Assembly (NCBI RefSeq): GCF_023055435.1
Contig: NW_025963857.1
Location: forward strand, 12,896,001-12,960,000
DNA from: Haliotis rufescens
Lineage: Eukaryota
DNA: 64,000 nucleotides
Direction of reading: 5' to 3'
Shown: in pieces, positions 1 to 13,135 of the stretch
Numbering within the stretch: position 1 is the stretch's first letter
How the letters are laid out: each line of letters starts with the position of its first letter
Notes under the pieces: model-generated
Database searches by the model: none
Seen by the model: the letters and a program-made list of their open reading frames with translations, nothing else
Told to the model about the DNA's origin: nothing
Program-made: the position numbers and the translations under genes

Positions 1-1171
1 GTTGTGCTTGTATAGGTCTGAGTCGATCCAGAAAACTGTCAAATACTTCTTTTTCTTCTTCGGAAGATTTTTAAGGAACTTACCAATTTCCTGACTTAAT
101 CTTCCTGGCATGAGCCTTTTCAGGTGCCGACGGATGTTGAGCGATTTTCCTATGTAGATTGTCTTGTGTTTATAGGCAATCTTATACACACCTTTCATTG
201 GCTGTTTGTCGGGAAGCTCATAGTATGGCATGTGATTTGATTGGAGGAGCTCGCATGGTGGTACCTGAGTAGAAGGAATATAACATACAATACAAGATAC
301 AAGATGCAAACAAAGTATACAGTACTATACGCCCATGTTTGATGGTGGCTAAAATGAAACAAACATAAAATGGTTATTCGATGGCGATGTATTTGATATG
401 GATCTCATAGTTGTGTTTTTGACCTTACGTCTGCTGTGTTTTTGATGACTGTTTTAGGCCTAGTAACGTTTTGATAATGTTTGTAATTTTGTCATCAAAG
501 CCAATTTTCCAGTGTATACTTTTCTTTTGTTGGGCATTTTACATAATTTTATCTACACCTATGCACATATTTTCATCCTTATAGTCCTTGTCATGGAATC
601 ATTTAAATGATGAAGTGAAGTTAAGACTTGTCATTGTTGCTTGGCATGCTGATGGCCGAAGTATATAAACACAAGCATTACTGAACAAATTCTAAAACCT
701 ATATATTACCTCCGTAACCCTGTCTATACTTTTATATTTTGGAAGCTTCATATTCTGAGATCCATGAACTTGACTATCCTGTGTTGATTTAGCCAGGCCC
801 ACATCATTTGGGATTTTGTCTGTATTGTCTGATCCCAAATCGCTGTGCATCTTTGTACCACTGGCTGTGGTTGTATCCTGTTCAGAGTTCCAGACTGGTG
901 CATCCAATCTGTCTGGAAAATCTTTTGTTTTTCTGGGTCGACTTGGGCCAAGTATGACAGGAAGTTCATCTTCTGAAGCAATTTCGGTGTCTGTTTCAAG
1001 AATTGGAAATGACTTTTGAAGGTTTGCGATTTTCCTGAGGTCTTCATGCTGAACTGGCAGACAGCCACAATAGCCGCATGCGTGCCCCTCAGTTTGTGGT
1101 ACATAATGGGCACATTGTCCACAGCTGCAGCTACCCCGAGGAACCCCACGCTTGTCTTTGACGTAGGACAT
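1..1171 (-). CDS. Cys-finger + GIY-YIG-like protein, paralog 1 (exon 1 1171-710, exon 2 264-<1; runs off the window edge)
   Basis: Exon 1 is MSYVKDKRGVPRGSCSCGQCAHY...CGYCGCLPVQH, ending at donor GAG|GTAATA (710/709). The acceptor CTCAG| precedes 264. Manual translation of exon 2, which is not in the ORF track: VPPCELLQSNHMPYYELPDKQPMKGVYKIAYKHKTIYIGKSLNIRRHLKRLMPGRLSQEIGKFLKNLPKKKKKYLTVFWIDSDLYKHN. The join is phase 0. Confidence 0.85.
330..495. repeat. Dispersed ~165-bp repeat in the paralog 1 intron; diverged inverted copy at ~24150-24309
   Basis: CGCCCATGTTTGATGGTG...ATGGTTATTCGATGG matches the reverse complement of 24150-24309. Confidence 0.6.
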
Positions 1172-1671
1172 CAGGAAGTCTCCAGCAACCTACATTATTG
1201 CAGAACATTTAGGCAGATCAATAGTTTTTCTCTTGCCATCCCGTATGTAATCAGTTCAACTATTTGTACTTGTTATGCAACAAACTGAATTTAATGTGTT
1301 TACATGCACATTTTCTCTTAAAGGCAATAATTATTTCCTAATTCTGTGGTATAACACTGGTACTCTTAAACAATAAATGACATATATATCTGAAACATCT
1401 CAAAACTTAACCATATTCAATGTACTTGTAAGTGCCCTGATAATTGTTAATGGTTTCTACAAACAAAGACAAATCTGACCTATATCAATATGTTCTAATT
1501 ATGGTACACATAAAGATAATTAGAATTGGCTTTTCGAAAGACGCAACCAACTTTCACTGGATCAGGTGGTTTAGTGCGAACTTAGGGCTGAATATCGGCC
1601 TTTGTGCAGGTTTAGATAAATCCTTGAAAACATACATATTTCTTTAGGAACTCCGAAAGGTGACGTTTTTG

Positions 1672-2025
1672 AGGTGAGGTGAAATGGGGTTCAAAGTCGC
1701 GTCCAAGATTATTGCACTTATATAGCGACGTGCATGTACGTGTGTGTGTGTGTGTGTGGCTGCTTGTACTAGTCTGGACTGATGCCGATCAGAGTGCTAG
1801 CACACTGAGATACCATGCCGCAGTTAAACATGAATACCCCACTTAGACATAGTATACTGACTCCGAGCCGACCAGTCTATGTTTTAGCCCCTTAATGCCG
1901 AGCACCAGACAGGGTAACAACAAGTACCATCTTTTAACGTCTTTTGGTATGACGCGGGCGGGGATCGAACCCCGGACCTTCCGGTCTCCGTGCGGACTCT
2001 ATACCACCAGACCACGGAGGCGGTC
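1672..2025 (-). mobile_element. tRNA-derived SINE, family D (partial copies at ~36503-36773, ~43690-43945, ~57433-57690)
   Basis: A-box-like GTGGTCTGGTGG and B-box GGTTCGATCCC are followed by a body AAAAGATGGTACTTGTTGTTACCCTG that recurs in the window. Confidence 0.7.
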
Positions 2026-2449
2026 TGATGTTTTTTAAGCTTAATTTGATTTTCAATTACGAAAACGTCCATGGTGTCTACAGCACACATCTAACCTTTT
2101 GACTACTTATAGGGGGTCCAGTGCAGAAATGAAGACTCATGTTTCACCAAAATCAGTTTTTGTGTAGTCGAAATATGTGACCAAGGAGATTTTTTATCAC
2201 CATACCTGACAGTTTGGATGGTTTTTGTTTCTAGTGACCTCTCGCCTAATTGTCCTAGCCAATAATTTGTCATTTGCAGGTTGCCGTGATACAGCAGGAT
2301 ATAGAAAAGTTTCACTCTTACACTGTCATACACTCATGGCGCAAAATTGTTTTTTGAGTCAAAAGAATTTTGATTTCTTTACCTAGGATAATTTTAAAGC
2401 TTTTGAAATAAATTATGTGGTTCTGTGGCCACTGAAATATATGGACAGT

Positions 2450-2712
2450 AGTGAGTAAGTTGGATTTAAGGCAGCTTTGAACAGTATTCCAGATATATCA
2501 CAGTGTTTCAGTTTAATGTGGGAGGAAAGCCCAAAGCGATGCAGGTCTGCGACATTTGCCACTTTTTGAAACACATTGGCACGAAATGGTGCGGACAAAC
2601 CCGGAAGCATTATCTGGGTTAACCAGGATTCGAACCCAATAATAGGTTTCTGGCATGCCCAAGGTATGTAACTCTGCACAGTGAATTGTGGCAACTCAGA
2701 CAACTGTGCCAC
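2450..2712 (-). mobile_element. SINE family B, diverged copy
   Basis: Matches the reverse complement of 32921-33180 (GGTTCGAATCC, CTTTCCTCCCACATTAA). Confidence 0.65.
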
Positions 2713-2732
2713 CAATGACCTGCACAGTGGTT

Positions 2733-2900
2733 GAGTTAGTGAGTGAGTTTGGTTTTATGCCGCTTTTAGCAATATTCCAGCAATATCACGGCGGGGGACA
2801 CCAGAAATGGGCTTCACACATTGTACCCATGTCGGGAATCGAACCCGGGTCTTCGGCGTGACGAGTGAATGCTTTAACCACTAGGCTACCCGACCGCCCC
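2733..2900 (-). mobile_element. tRNA-derived SINE, family A (~165 bp)
   Basis: GGGGCGGTCGGGTAGCCTAGTGGTTAAAGC...GGTTCGATTCCC...(ACTC)n tail; many near-identical copies in the window. Confidence 0.85.
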
Positions 2901-3433
2901 ATGCACACTGACAGTGGTTGAAATAGGAACATATTGAAATTATTACATCTTGTTAAATTTTGCTTTTATGGAGTTTGTGTATTTGCAACATTACCCGTCA
3001 AATGTACATGCATTTCAATGGAATATAACAACAAAAAACAAATCATAATTTGTAATGCACCAAATTTTGAAACAAAAACATTTTTTTGTTCCACTGCTTA
3101 AAGCCTATCAATTATGTATTTATTCACATCACAAAATAATGACTACTACCACTATTTTAACTGTATTATTTAAAAATAAGTTGTTGTTTGTCATAAAAAT
3201 AATTACTGATGTCACAAATTTGATTTTCAGATTTTCTAGATCTATAAACAAAATTCAATTATTAATATCATTATCAATAAATTCATTTATTGATAACTAA
3301 AAACATAATTTATTGTATCAACTAATGTACTATAAGGAAAAAACCTTAAACAACACCGCGCTTCACAGTGTCAGACCACACAGCTATGATAGGAAGAGTT
3401 GCCTCCCCTAAGCTTGTGGGCGATGGAATAGGG

Positions 3434-3660
3434 TGTTTGTTTGTTGTTTAACGCCGCACTCATCAATATTCCAGCTATATGACGGCGGTCTGTAAATAAT
3501 CGACTTTGGGCCAGACAATCGAGAGAATGATATCATGAGTATCGATCCACGCAATTGGGAAGCGATGACATGCATCAACCAAGTCAGCAAGCCCCCCATT
3601 TGGTCGCTTAATTATTACAACAAGTATGAGCTAGCTATTCTAACCTGGTTCTTCAAGGGT
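3434..3660 (-). mobile_element. SINE-like family C, diverged copy
   Basis: (AAAC)n tail and body match 40613-40882 and 9699-9977. Confidence 0.7.
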
Positions 3661-5050
3661 GGGGCGATTGAATAACTATCACCTTTGCTCTTGTTCATGT
3701 GCCTATCTAAAATTTATAATATGAGAAGATGACATAAAAAATACTGCCAACACACACAACAGTCGGTGACGAGCTGCTATATATTTCTTTAGGTTTAATT
3801 CCGGATTTTTGTCAATATTTCGGGCCCGCGTATTCCTGATTATTTTTGATGATCCCGTGTTAATTTTAATTAATTTCAATTTTACGCACTCTAACATATA
3901 ACAAGCATTAGAGGAAATCGATTTTGCATTCAACTACAACATCTATTCTTACCTCAAACGCGGCTGCCAGCTGCCATCTAAAACGTACCGAACACCAACA
4001 TGTGCTTTTCGTCTTTACGAAATGACACGCGGTCAAGGTCATAAAGGGAAGGGCGGGTAACTCTGAGTCACTTTTAATATAGCGTGCAGGTTGCAGTTGT
4101 ACTTCTTTTCAGACGTTATGATTGTTTGTTTTTGTTTGTTTGTTGTTTTACGCCGCACTCAGCAATATTCCAGCTATATGACGGCGGTTCAGACGTTATG
4201 AGATATTAATGATGTAACTATACCAATAAGTCATACCAACACATTTTTATTGACACATTTATGCTATTACGGCCTGCTATTTTGATAAGTGACCTTAACT
4301 GAATATTTTTTTTATAAATTAAGAGGCCTATACAATAATCTTGGCTTGTTTGTTCACAGTCTGTCGACGTATCGATTGTGTGTAAGCATTAGTGATGAGA
4401 CAAAATTTAATGCAATGATTGTGATGTATATTTTATCTCAGCAGAAGAAAAAAAGACACCTTTCTTTTGGATCTAAAATGATCGCATGTTTTCGTATTTA
4501 TATTAAATTCTGGTCATCGACATATATTATGTGACTGAGTGGTTGGTTGCCGATTTTTGAAGGAGAGTATAGTAGCACCGTTGTACTTCTCAGACAGTCA
4601 AATTGCGTCATTTATTATTCAGGCAAACAAACTGCTTGAAAGAACAATGTTCTCACTGTGAAATTATCGAAACTTTGATTCAATCACCATCTTTCTCCCA
4701 CTTGGGTAATACTTGTACCTAAACACGTGTAATGCCGATCTATGTACAAGTGTTGTCAGTACTACAATATCTGATCGAATCCAAATAACCAAATAAAAAA
4801 AAACAAATAAAAAAAAGAACAATGGCACGATAGCATATTTTTCAGTTTCTATCTTTTTATTCAAACTCAAAACATTATCGGAAACACTATGATAATGAAA
4901 GTGATAGGGTAAAGCGAGGGTAGAGGGAGGCGTATGTCAGTTATGGGTGTCTCATATTTCTTTTTTTTTTACATGTATATCCACTGGTGGACCCAAGCAC
5001 GTTGATGTCGGGTATTGACTACATCTATAAAAGAACTGATTGTGTTATTC

Positions 5051-6263
5051 TTATTGGATATTGCACCACCATTTAGAAGTGTTTTTTTTGGGAAGTAGTC
5101 CATTGAATTTGGGTTTGGTCCCTTGCATGTCTTCAATACACTTCATATAACTTTTCTTTGGGCAATTGTGGACGTACATTGTTTCGTCCAGGTAATACAC
5201 TGTCACCTTCTCCAGGTCCCTCTGGCTCAGACTTTTGATAAACTCGAACAAATCGGATCGACCGTGGCCGCTGAAATGACTCTTCAGTGTTTGTTTGACA
5301 TTGCAGGAACCCGAGCCCACGTAGATCGTCTGCCAGTTATAGGCGATCTTGTACACTCCTCGGACAGAATATGGGATACGGTCCAGCTCGGTGAAGGGGA
5401 TGTGGCCCTTCTGTAGGACCTTGCAGGGCTTCAGCTTCAGCAGCCCCTAGAACAGATGGACAGAATGTGACCCAAGGTTGCATCACCTATTGCGATAAAA
5501 CAAACAGGAAATTATGTTTTCATACAGGACTTTTATACAGATCCAACCATACTTGAAACTTGATACACTGTGATACCCTGGCCTGATTGTCAAGTTTGAC
5601 CCGATTACAAGTATTAATACGCGTGAGTTGCGTTTAAGGAGAGTCTGAGCTCCATATGTCAAGCTGGGCTCTGGGACTGGTAATTTATTGTCGGAGTGGG
5701 TGAAAGTGCGTGTTTTATTTTGTTTCTGTCTTTGTTTTGGAGAGGGGGGGGGGGGGGGGGGGGGGGTGTCATCTGGAAAGTGGGGGTCATGAAACATACA
5801 GTCCTATGACCATTCCCTAGGAGTTAATATCAACAATACAGTTTGAAGATCATACCTCAATCCCAAGAGAATACGTGTACGTGTCTGCGTTTTGTCCAGT
5901 CGTTGTACCCTTCAGCTTTTTCTTTGCAGGTCCGGCGCTGACATCATCCAAAGCTCGTTTCTTGGAGTCAAATAGACTTCCTAAGTCGGATGATGACCAT
6001 GACGTTGTACCCAACAGTGGGAATGATGTTGTGCCTGATACAGCCTCAGAGGATGCAGTTGGCATCCCTGAATCACTAGAGGACTCAGAGACGTCAGCGT
6101 CATCGTCAACCACATCAACAGGACTGTTCCTCATGATGATGTGGTCAATGGGAGGACATCCACATTTGGCACAGTCCGTCGTTTCATTACTGTCAGGACT
6201 GATGTAGCTGTAGCAGTTCCGACATTTGCAGCCGAATTTGGTGTGGAGTCCTGATGTTTCCAT
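5051..6263 (-). CDS. Cys-finger + GIY-YIG-like protein, paralog 2 (exon 1 6263-5856, exon 2 5446-5051; ~267 aa, ends CNIQ)
   Basis: Exon 1 contains CKCRNCYSY...CAKCGCPPIDH and ends at donor GAG|GTATGA; acceptor TTCTAG|GGG. Exon 2 reads GLLKLKPCKVLQKGHIPFTELDRIPYSVRGVYKIAYNWQTIYVG...SYMKCIEDMQGTKPKFN...WWCNIQ*. Phase 0. Confidence 0.85.
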
Positions 6264-7157
6264 CGCAATGAACTGAAAGATAAGGTATATTGACCTTTTG
6301 GATCAACATCTTCACACAAAAATTGCATCGTTTACAAGTATTCGATGTGAACAGTGTTATATGCCGCAATCGGGACCAGGCAAACGTGTTGGTCATAGCC
6401 GACCATGCTGTCGTGTCACAGTGACACGCAATTATCCCGGCAACACATTTAAATCACCACATCTTCAAAATAGTCGCCCTTGGTGTATATATCGCGTCCC
6501 TTGAAGCGCGAAGACTAATGTGGAGGTTCACAGCATTTAGATAGATTTGGACTTTGGATACATTTAGTCACAGAAATACAGTTATCTAACCCCTATCCCT
6601 ATCCCCGTGGTTCGCGCAATCTCAAATTACCCGCCCTGGATTTCCTTCAGCTGATTTGATTGGCTACTATGCTACTATATAACAAAATGAAATTCAAATG
6701 GATTCCAGAAAAATGCTTAATTTTCAGCCTACAGCTGAGCAATCTGAATTGCCAAACCATTCCAGACTTGAGTTGGATGTTTGACTTTATAGATTCTCAA
6801 GAGAAACAGAATAGGATTGATCGTCCATTAAACTTAGGGGTTAACTGTTGCCAATTTCTTTTAATGCGTATTCATATACTGAACCAAATTAAAAACTTCA
6901 CAATCCTAAAATTTTAACATTTTGACCAGTTATCATTGTGGGCCCTTATTGTGTATTTAAACAGTAATGGCCACGTATTGTCTTCAGACAACACCCGTTT
7001 TTGTGCATGCGAATCGATCAAAATCATGTGCGCAGCACTATAGTGGCAAAAGTGGTTTTCACGTGCAACTGGCCACGTGGCCTCAATACCGCACGTGTTT
7101 TCAGCGCTACTTGTTAGCAGTCATGAACAAAAAAAGAAAAACACAAGAAAATTTGTC

Positions 7158-8119
7158 ATGCCACGCCTTTCAAATGTGCAACGTGAACGTGCCATCGGCA
7201 TGTTGCAGACGGGAACGTCCGTAGCTGAAGTCGCAAGGATGATGGGTTGTAGTCAACGGACTGTTTATGATTTACAGACGCGTCTACAGCAAACAGGTAC
7301 CATCGCTGATCGCCCTCGGCCAGGTTGACCACGTGTGACGTCACATGCAGAGGATCGTCAGATTGTCTTACGTCACCTCCGTAACCGATTTTTGACGGCT
7401 ACATCAACCAGAATGAACTGTTTAGGGGTAGACTGAGTGCGCAAACTGTTCGAAACCGTCTGAGAACTGCTCACCTTCAAGCACGACGGCCATACTGCGG
7501 GCCGATTCTGACTCAATTACACAGACAATGTGTCAATTGTGGGCACAGCGACACTTACGATGGACTCAGAGGAATTGGAATCAAGTCGTCTTCAGTGATG
7601 AATCCCGATTTAATCTTTGATTTGCTGATGGTAGGGCGTGGGTGTGGAGACGCCGTCATGAACGTTACGCCCAGTGTTGTGTACAAGAAGTTGACAGATT
7701 TCGAGGCGGAAGTGTCATGGTGTGGGGTGCTTTCTGTGGCAATGCACGTTCCAGGCTTCCAGGTACTGGCACCAGAACTTCTGCCTTTTATGGCAGCACA
7801 TGGACCTGGTTTGATCTTCCAACACGACAATGCCAGACCCCACAAAGCAATTTTGACAAGGAATTTCCTTCAGAATGCGGGAGTCAAAGTCATGGACTGG
7901 CCGTCTCCCGACCTCAATCCCATCGAACACGTCTGGGATGCTCTTGGCAGAAGTCTGCGCACTCTCCAGAACCAACCACAGAATTTGCAAGATATTGGCA
8001 CCATTTTGCAGCAACAATGGCGTCGTCTTCCCAATCATGTGTTCACAAGCATCACAAGGTTCATGCGGAGGCGTTGTGTGGCAGTTGTCAACGCACATGG
8101 TGGCCATACCCGCTACTGA
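7158..8119 (+). mobile_element. Decayed Tc1-like transposase
   Basis: MPRLSNVQRERAIGML HTH start, FSDESRF, GGSVMVWG, FQHDNARPH, SPDLNPIEHVW, GGHTRY*; carries stops and frameshifts. Absent from duplicate copy B. Confidence 0.9.
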
Positions 8120-8171
8120 ACTTGTGTGCCATCAGATTCTCGTGCTTGGGACTTATGATTTAAACTGTTGA

Positions 8172-8552
8172 TGTGGGGTGGTGTGTGTGTGTGTTATAAT
8201 GTACGTATGGTGTGTATTTGTGTGTGTGTGTGTGTGGTATAAAGTACGTATGGTATGTGTGTGTGCGTGCGTGTGTGTGTGCGTGTGTGCGTGTACTTGT
8301 GCGCGTAATTGTGCGTGTATGCGTGGTATGGGGTGGGGTGGGTGGGTGGGTACCTACGTGTTTGTGTATGATTGTGTGCGTGACTTTATAAGTAGTTTGG
8401 CGTGTGTGTGTGCGTGTGCGTGTGCGTGCGATTACGTTAAATGTGTTCCTGGCTACTAATGATCTACACTGCTTAGTAACAGTGTGTACACACACACACT
8501 CACACACGCCCGCACACACACACTCACACACGCCCGCACATACACACATACA
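8172..8552. repeat. (GT)n/(CA)n-rich low-complexity tract (counterpart at ~16450-17135)
   Basis: Dinucleotide runs read directly. Confidence 0.85.
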
Positions 8553-9317
8553 CCAGCTGTATGAGAGCCATTTACATCGTCTTTATTTCTCATTAGATGG
8601 GTTTGAAAGGGGAACCATCAAGGTGTGGTTGTCTAAGTGACCCCAATACACATTACAACAGCAACTGCACTGGCCTGTCTTGCCAACTGGTGTGTTGTAC
8701 ACACAGTATTGATCGATTTGTTTCCAGGAAATTGAAACGGTCTTCCCCAGCTGCGCCCAACTTTGGGAAAAGTGGGTTAAGAGATAAGAGTATAGCCTGT
8801 ATTAAACTTTGTTCAGCTTGTCAGAGAAAACTAAAATAAATAGTGTAAGATGTGAAGAAGAAGAAGAAGAAAAACTTATTTCATTAGTGTTTCACGTACT
8901 GTCTACATATCATATATCATGTCTATTTATATAACATACTTAAGCATACACTGAACATACTAACTAAAATACTACTACTTATACATATTTAAACATTGTA
9001 ATGTTGTAGATTGTCACATGAAACTAAAACAAATAGCGTAAAATATGTATGTTATATAACATACTTAGGAATAACAGTAAGTATGTTAACTAGAATAGGA
9101 CTATATTTTTGTCCACCTTGAGCATTAGCGATGTACAAGATATTAACCTGTGCGTTAGCAATTGTAATGTGGTGAACGGTGCATCTGTGACGAACTCTTA
9201 TATGCCCACCCATGTCAAGTCTAGTAATTAGTGTAACTGATCCAGCAGTTAAGTCCAGCAATTTTGACATGAACAGCTTTCACATGATTATGACTTCAAC
9301 TCATTCACTAGCACATC

Positions 9318-9578
9318 GGCTGCACGGGTGGCCGCACACACTGTGCAGAGTTGCGTCTCTTGGATACGCCAGAAACCTATGATTGTGGATTCGAATCCCT
9401 GTTCGCCCCAATTATGTTTCTAGGTTTGTCAGCACCAAACCGGTGCTCGTGGGTTTCACCGAAGTGGTAAACGTCTAAGACCTGCACCACTTCAGGCTTT
9501 CCTCCCACATTAAGCTGACACGCCGTGATATAACTGGAATACTGTTAAAAGCAGCGTAAAACCCAACGCACTCACTCA
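9318..9578 (+). mobile_element. SINE family B (counterpart at ~17750-18010)
   Basis: Matches 32921-33180. Confidence 0.75.
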
Positions 9579-9698
9579 TTAGCACATCAGGGTCAGGGTG
9601 AACACTGTCACCAGAAACTGACTATAACTAATCCCGCTATCGTTCTAAGGTCCACTGCTTGTTGTTTTTCAACGTTGATCACTCTGAGTGGTCAACAA

Positions 9699-9977
9699 AG
9701 TTTGTTTGTTTGTTTGTTTGTTTGTTGTTTAACGCCGCACTCAGCAATATTCCAGCTATATGACAGCGGTCTGTAAATAATCGAGTCTGAACCAGACAAT
9801 CCAGTGATTGACATCATGAGAATCGATCTACGCAATTGGGATATGATGACATGCATCAACCAAGTCAGCGAGCCTGACCACCCGATCCCGTTAGTCGCCT
9901 TATACGACAAGCACAGTCGCCTTTTACGGCAAGCGTGGTTTGCTGAAGACCTATTCTACTCCGGATCTTCACGGGTC
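9699..9977 (-). mobile_element. SINE-like family C, near full length (counterpart at ~18133-18390)
   Basis: GACCCGTGAAGATCCGG 5' end and (AAAC)n tail. Confidence 0.8.
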
Positions 9978-10362
9978 GTGGTAACCATTGAAACAGATAC
10001 AATCAAACCAGGCAAACCAGGTATTGCCGATTGTTAGCTGTACACCTGAATCTACTGTCGGATGCATTATCGATGTACACATATGCACAAACCACCTACC
10101 TTTTAACACCAGTCTTACTGCTTGGACCAAGGACGTGCATTGGTGTTCCCCTGATAAGAAATTGACGCTTATCTGTGGGCGGGGCTTTGTGACTTTTCCT
10201 GGAAACTTTGACAGCTCATTCGTGTCAACATATCACTAGGCAAACAATGCATATCGAGCACTACGGGTAGGCGTCACGTAGTTTAAAGATATTAATTTAT
10301 TCACCTAACTGGCTTATGTCAACAACGCACTCTTACACCATTACATTTGTGTTGATATCAAA

Positions 10363-11893
10363 ACTTTAAGGCCCAGAAAAATTAAAATAGTAGCAAGACC
10401 ATTCATGTTACCAACACTAAAGCCATGTGCGTATAATCTTGACAGATATTTAACTCAATGTACAAACCCACCACTGTTTTCTATAAAATCATCTACAGAC
10501 ATGTTATGGTTGACATCTCTTGTTAAATCCTGTCACCATACAATGCTGTTGTCATACCAAAACCCTTTATATAGTAGTACATAGTGCTTCTAGTGTTACG
10601 ATAAATAAGTAAAGGAAGTGAAGTGGAGACTCCCAATAAAAACCGCACTGACATACTGCAATATTTGAAATATATGTCTTTCAACTTTTTGACTATTGGG
10701 GGCGGGTCGGGTAGCCTTGTGGTGTTCGCTCGTCACGCCGAAGACGGGTTCGATTCCCGACATGGGTAGAATAGTGCTGGAATATTGCTAAAAGCAGCGT
10801 AAAACCGTTCTCACTCACTATGTCTATTGAGATAACTGTATCAAAAAGTTGTTTTTTTTTTAAATCAGCGTACGTGCTAGAATGCGTTACATCATCTGGT
10901 TACAGATTCTAAAGGCGGGTAGCAGCTTGAAGAAATAACTTGGTGCAAAACGAAGTTTTACAAAATATTTCTTGTAGCTGCATACCATTTCTTAACTTGT
11001 AGGGAGGGTGGGGTATCCTAGTGGTTAAAACGCATTCCCTCGTCATACCGTAGATCCGGGTTCGATTACCCAACATGGGCACAACTTTAAGGTCCAGAAA
11101 AAATAAAATAGTAGCAAGACCATTCATGTTACCAACACGTATAAGCTTGACACATATTTAACTCAATGTACAAACCTACCACTGTTTTCTATAAAATCAT
11201 CTACAGACATGTTATGGTTGACATCTCTTGTTAAATCCTGTCACCATACAATGCTGTTGTCATACCAAAACCTGTTATGTAGTAGTACATAGTGCTTCTA
11301 GTGTTACGATAAATAAGTAAAGGAAGTGAAGTGGAGACACTGACATACTGCAATATTTGAAATATATGTCTTTCAACTCTATGACTACTTGGGGCGGGTC
11401 GGGTAGCCTTGTGGTGTTCGCTCGTCACGCCGAAGACCCGGGTTCTATTCCCGACATGGGTACAATGTGTGAAGCCCATTTCTGGTGTCCCCCGCCATGA
11501 TATTCCTGGAATATTGCTAAAAGCAGCGTAAAACCACACTCACTCACTATGTCTATTGAGACCACTGTATCCAGTTCTTAAACGAGCATGAACAATTTTA
11601 CAATATCAAGTACCGTAATTGAAGTCAAAGTATACACAATTTCCAGAAGTATAAAAAAGTTGGGTTTTTTAATCAGCGTACGTGCTAGAATGCGTTACAT
11701 CATCTGGTTACAGATTCTAAAGGCGGGTAGCAGCTTCAAGAAATAACTTGGTGCAAAACGAAGTCTTACAAAATATTTCTTGTAACTGCATACCATTTCT
11801 TAACTTGTAGGGTGGATGGGGTATCCTAGTGGTTAAAACGCATTCCCTCGTCATGCCGTAGATCCGGGTTCGATTACCCTACATGGGCACAAT
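10363..11893. repeat. Local tandem duplication (~10363-11083 and ~11084-11893) containing family A SINEs
   Basis: AACTTTAAGG(C/T)CCAGAAAAA...AGTAGCAAGACCATTCATG occurs at about 10363 and 11084, but only once in copy B (~18781). Confidence 0.8.
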
Positions 11894-12339
11894 GTGTGAC
11901 GCCCATTTCTAGTGTCCCGGGTCGCAATATTGCTGGAATATTGCTGAAAGCGGTGTAAAACCTTACTCACTCACTCTTAAATTGTAATGATTATCTATAC
12001 TCACTGCCAAAAGAAACGCGAACCATCGAAACTTATAGAGAAGTATGTACGTTAAGAAGAGAGTTTTCCAACGTGTACCAATTAATGACAAAACTAACCA
12101 TCAGTCCAGTGTTACAACAGAGTGTCTTTATTCTTTGCACGATATACTGCACGTGATTTAAAACGACTTTACACGCTAATCCTGCACGAGACAAATGGTG
12201 CATCTCGAGTCATGGATCTATGACGTCACATGTGATGTGTTCATGAGCATTGGTTCACACAACATACCAGTTTATTCCTTTGTGCATTATCTAAAGCATT
12301 ATGTATCTCGCTGTATACGTACGTGAGTTGACTTTACAT

Positions 12340-13135
12340 GGAATCTCCAGATATAAAACCCGAGTGCAATTTTGACAAAGTATCATTATCTCTAAGAATA
12401 ATAAAGACATACTTGAAGACACACGTCTCGATGCCTTGGTTAAGCATTGCAATCATTGCAAGTCTTTCTTACACTAACATGTGCAAATACTGGACAGTGG
12501 TCAGTGCAAATAGGATCAAGTACTCCAGACTTCACAACTTTATTTTTGTGTGTGCAGAAAATTATATCAATTAATGTGCTGGAATGCGACGTGGTTGCTG
12601 TTGGTTCTTTAATTATCTGCCTTAGACCACGTGTGTCCTCCAAATTTAAGACACCTGCCTTCTGATTTCAAAGACAAGCAACATTAAAATCACCTTTCAT
12701 AATTGTGATCATATTAACATCGACAACATTTACCAATAGATTCCTCTATCATATTAGAATAATTTATGCTTTTATCTGCACGGTACATGGTACCTGTGAG
12801 CAAATTTTCATTTTCAGTTTTTACTTGTACCCAAACTGCCTCAAGATCCACTTGTACTAGATCATCAAGTCTTTTAGCAGATAGACAGTTTTTAACATAT
12901 GTAACTACATCGCCTCCCCTTGCTGGTCTGTCACACCTAAATGGTATTTGGAAGCCAGGTAATGCAATACCACAGCCAGCCAGGTCTCACTCAAACATAT
13001 CACATCATATTTTAATAATTCAGCTGCTATGCTATCTGTTTTGTCCTTGAGACTACAGACATCAATATGGATTACCTTCATGTCTGCATATGTCTTTGGT
13101 CCAGGTTTAACTCTATATCCCCACAAGTAATACAA
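12340..13135 (-). pseudogene. Decayed LINE apurinic-like endonuclease fragment (CR1/L2-type ORF2 N-terminus)
   Basis: MKVIHIDVCSLKDK, DVICLSETWL, EPT..TSHSSTLIDIIF and DHCPV motifs lie in broken frames. Confidence 0.8.

Noticed and set aside
1-264. Assigning the genes to SLX1, ANKLE1 or UvrC
   Set aside because: No SLX1 C-terminal RING, no ankyrin or LEM domains and no UvrC C-terminal domains; only the core motif is shared, so no gene symbol is given.
4838-4850. GAAACTGAAA ISRE-like motif on the minus strand, upstream of paralog 1's putative first exon (donor near 3952)
   Set aside because: It lies in the 3' region of paralog 2, is not preserved in duplicate copy B, and is plausible by chance in AT-rich DNA.
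9692-10037. Recurrent short ORFs such as MTCINQVSEPDHPIPLVA
   Set aside because: Translations of SINE-like family C copies.
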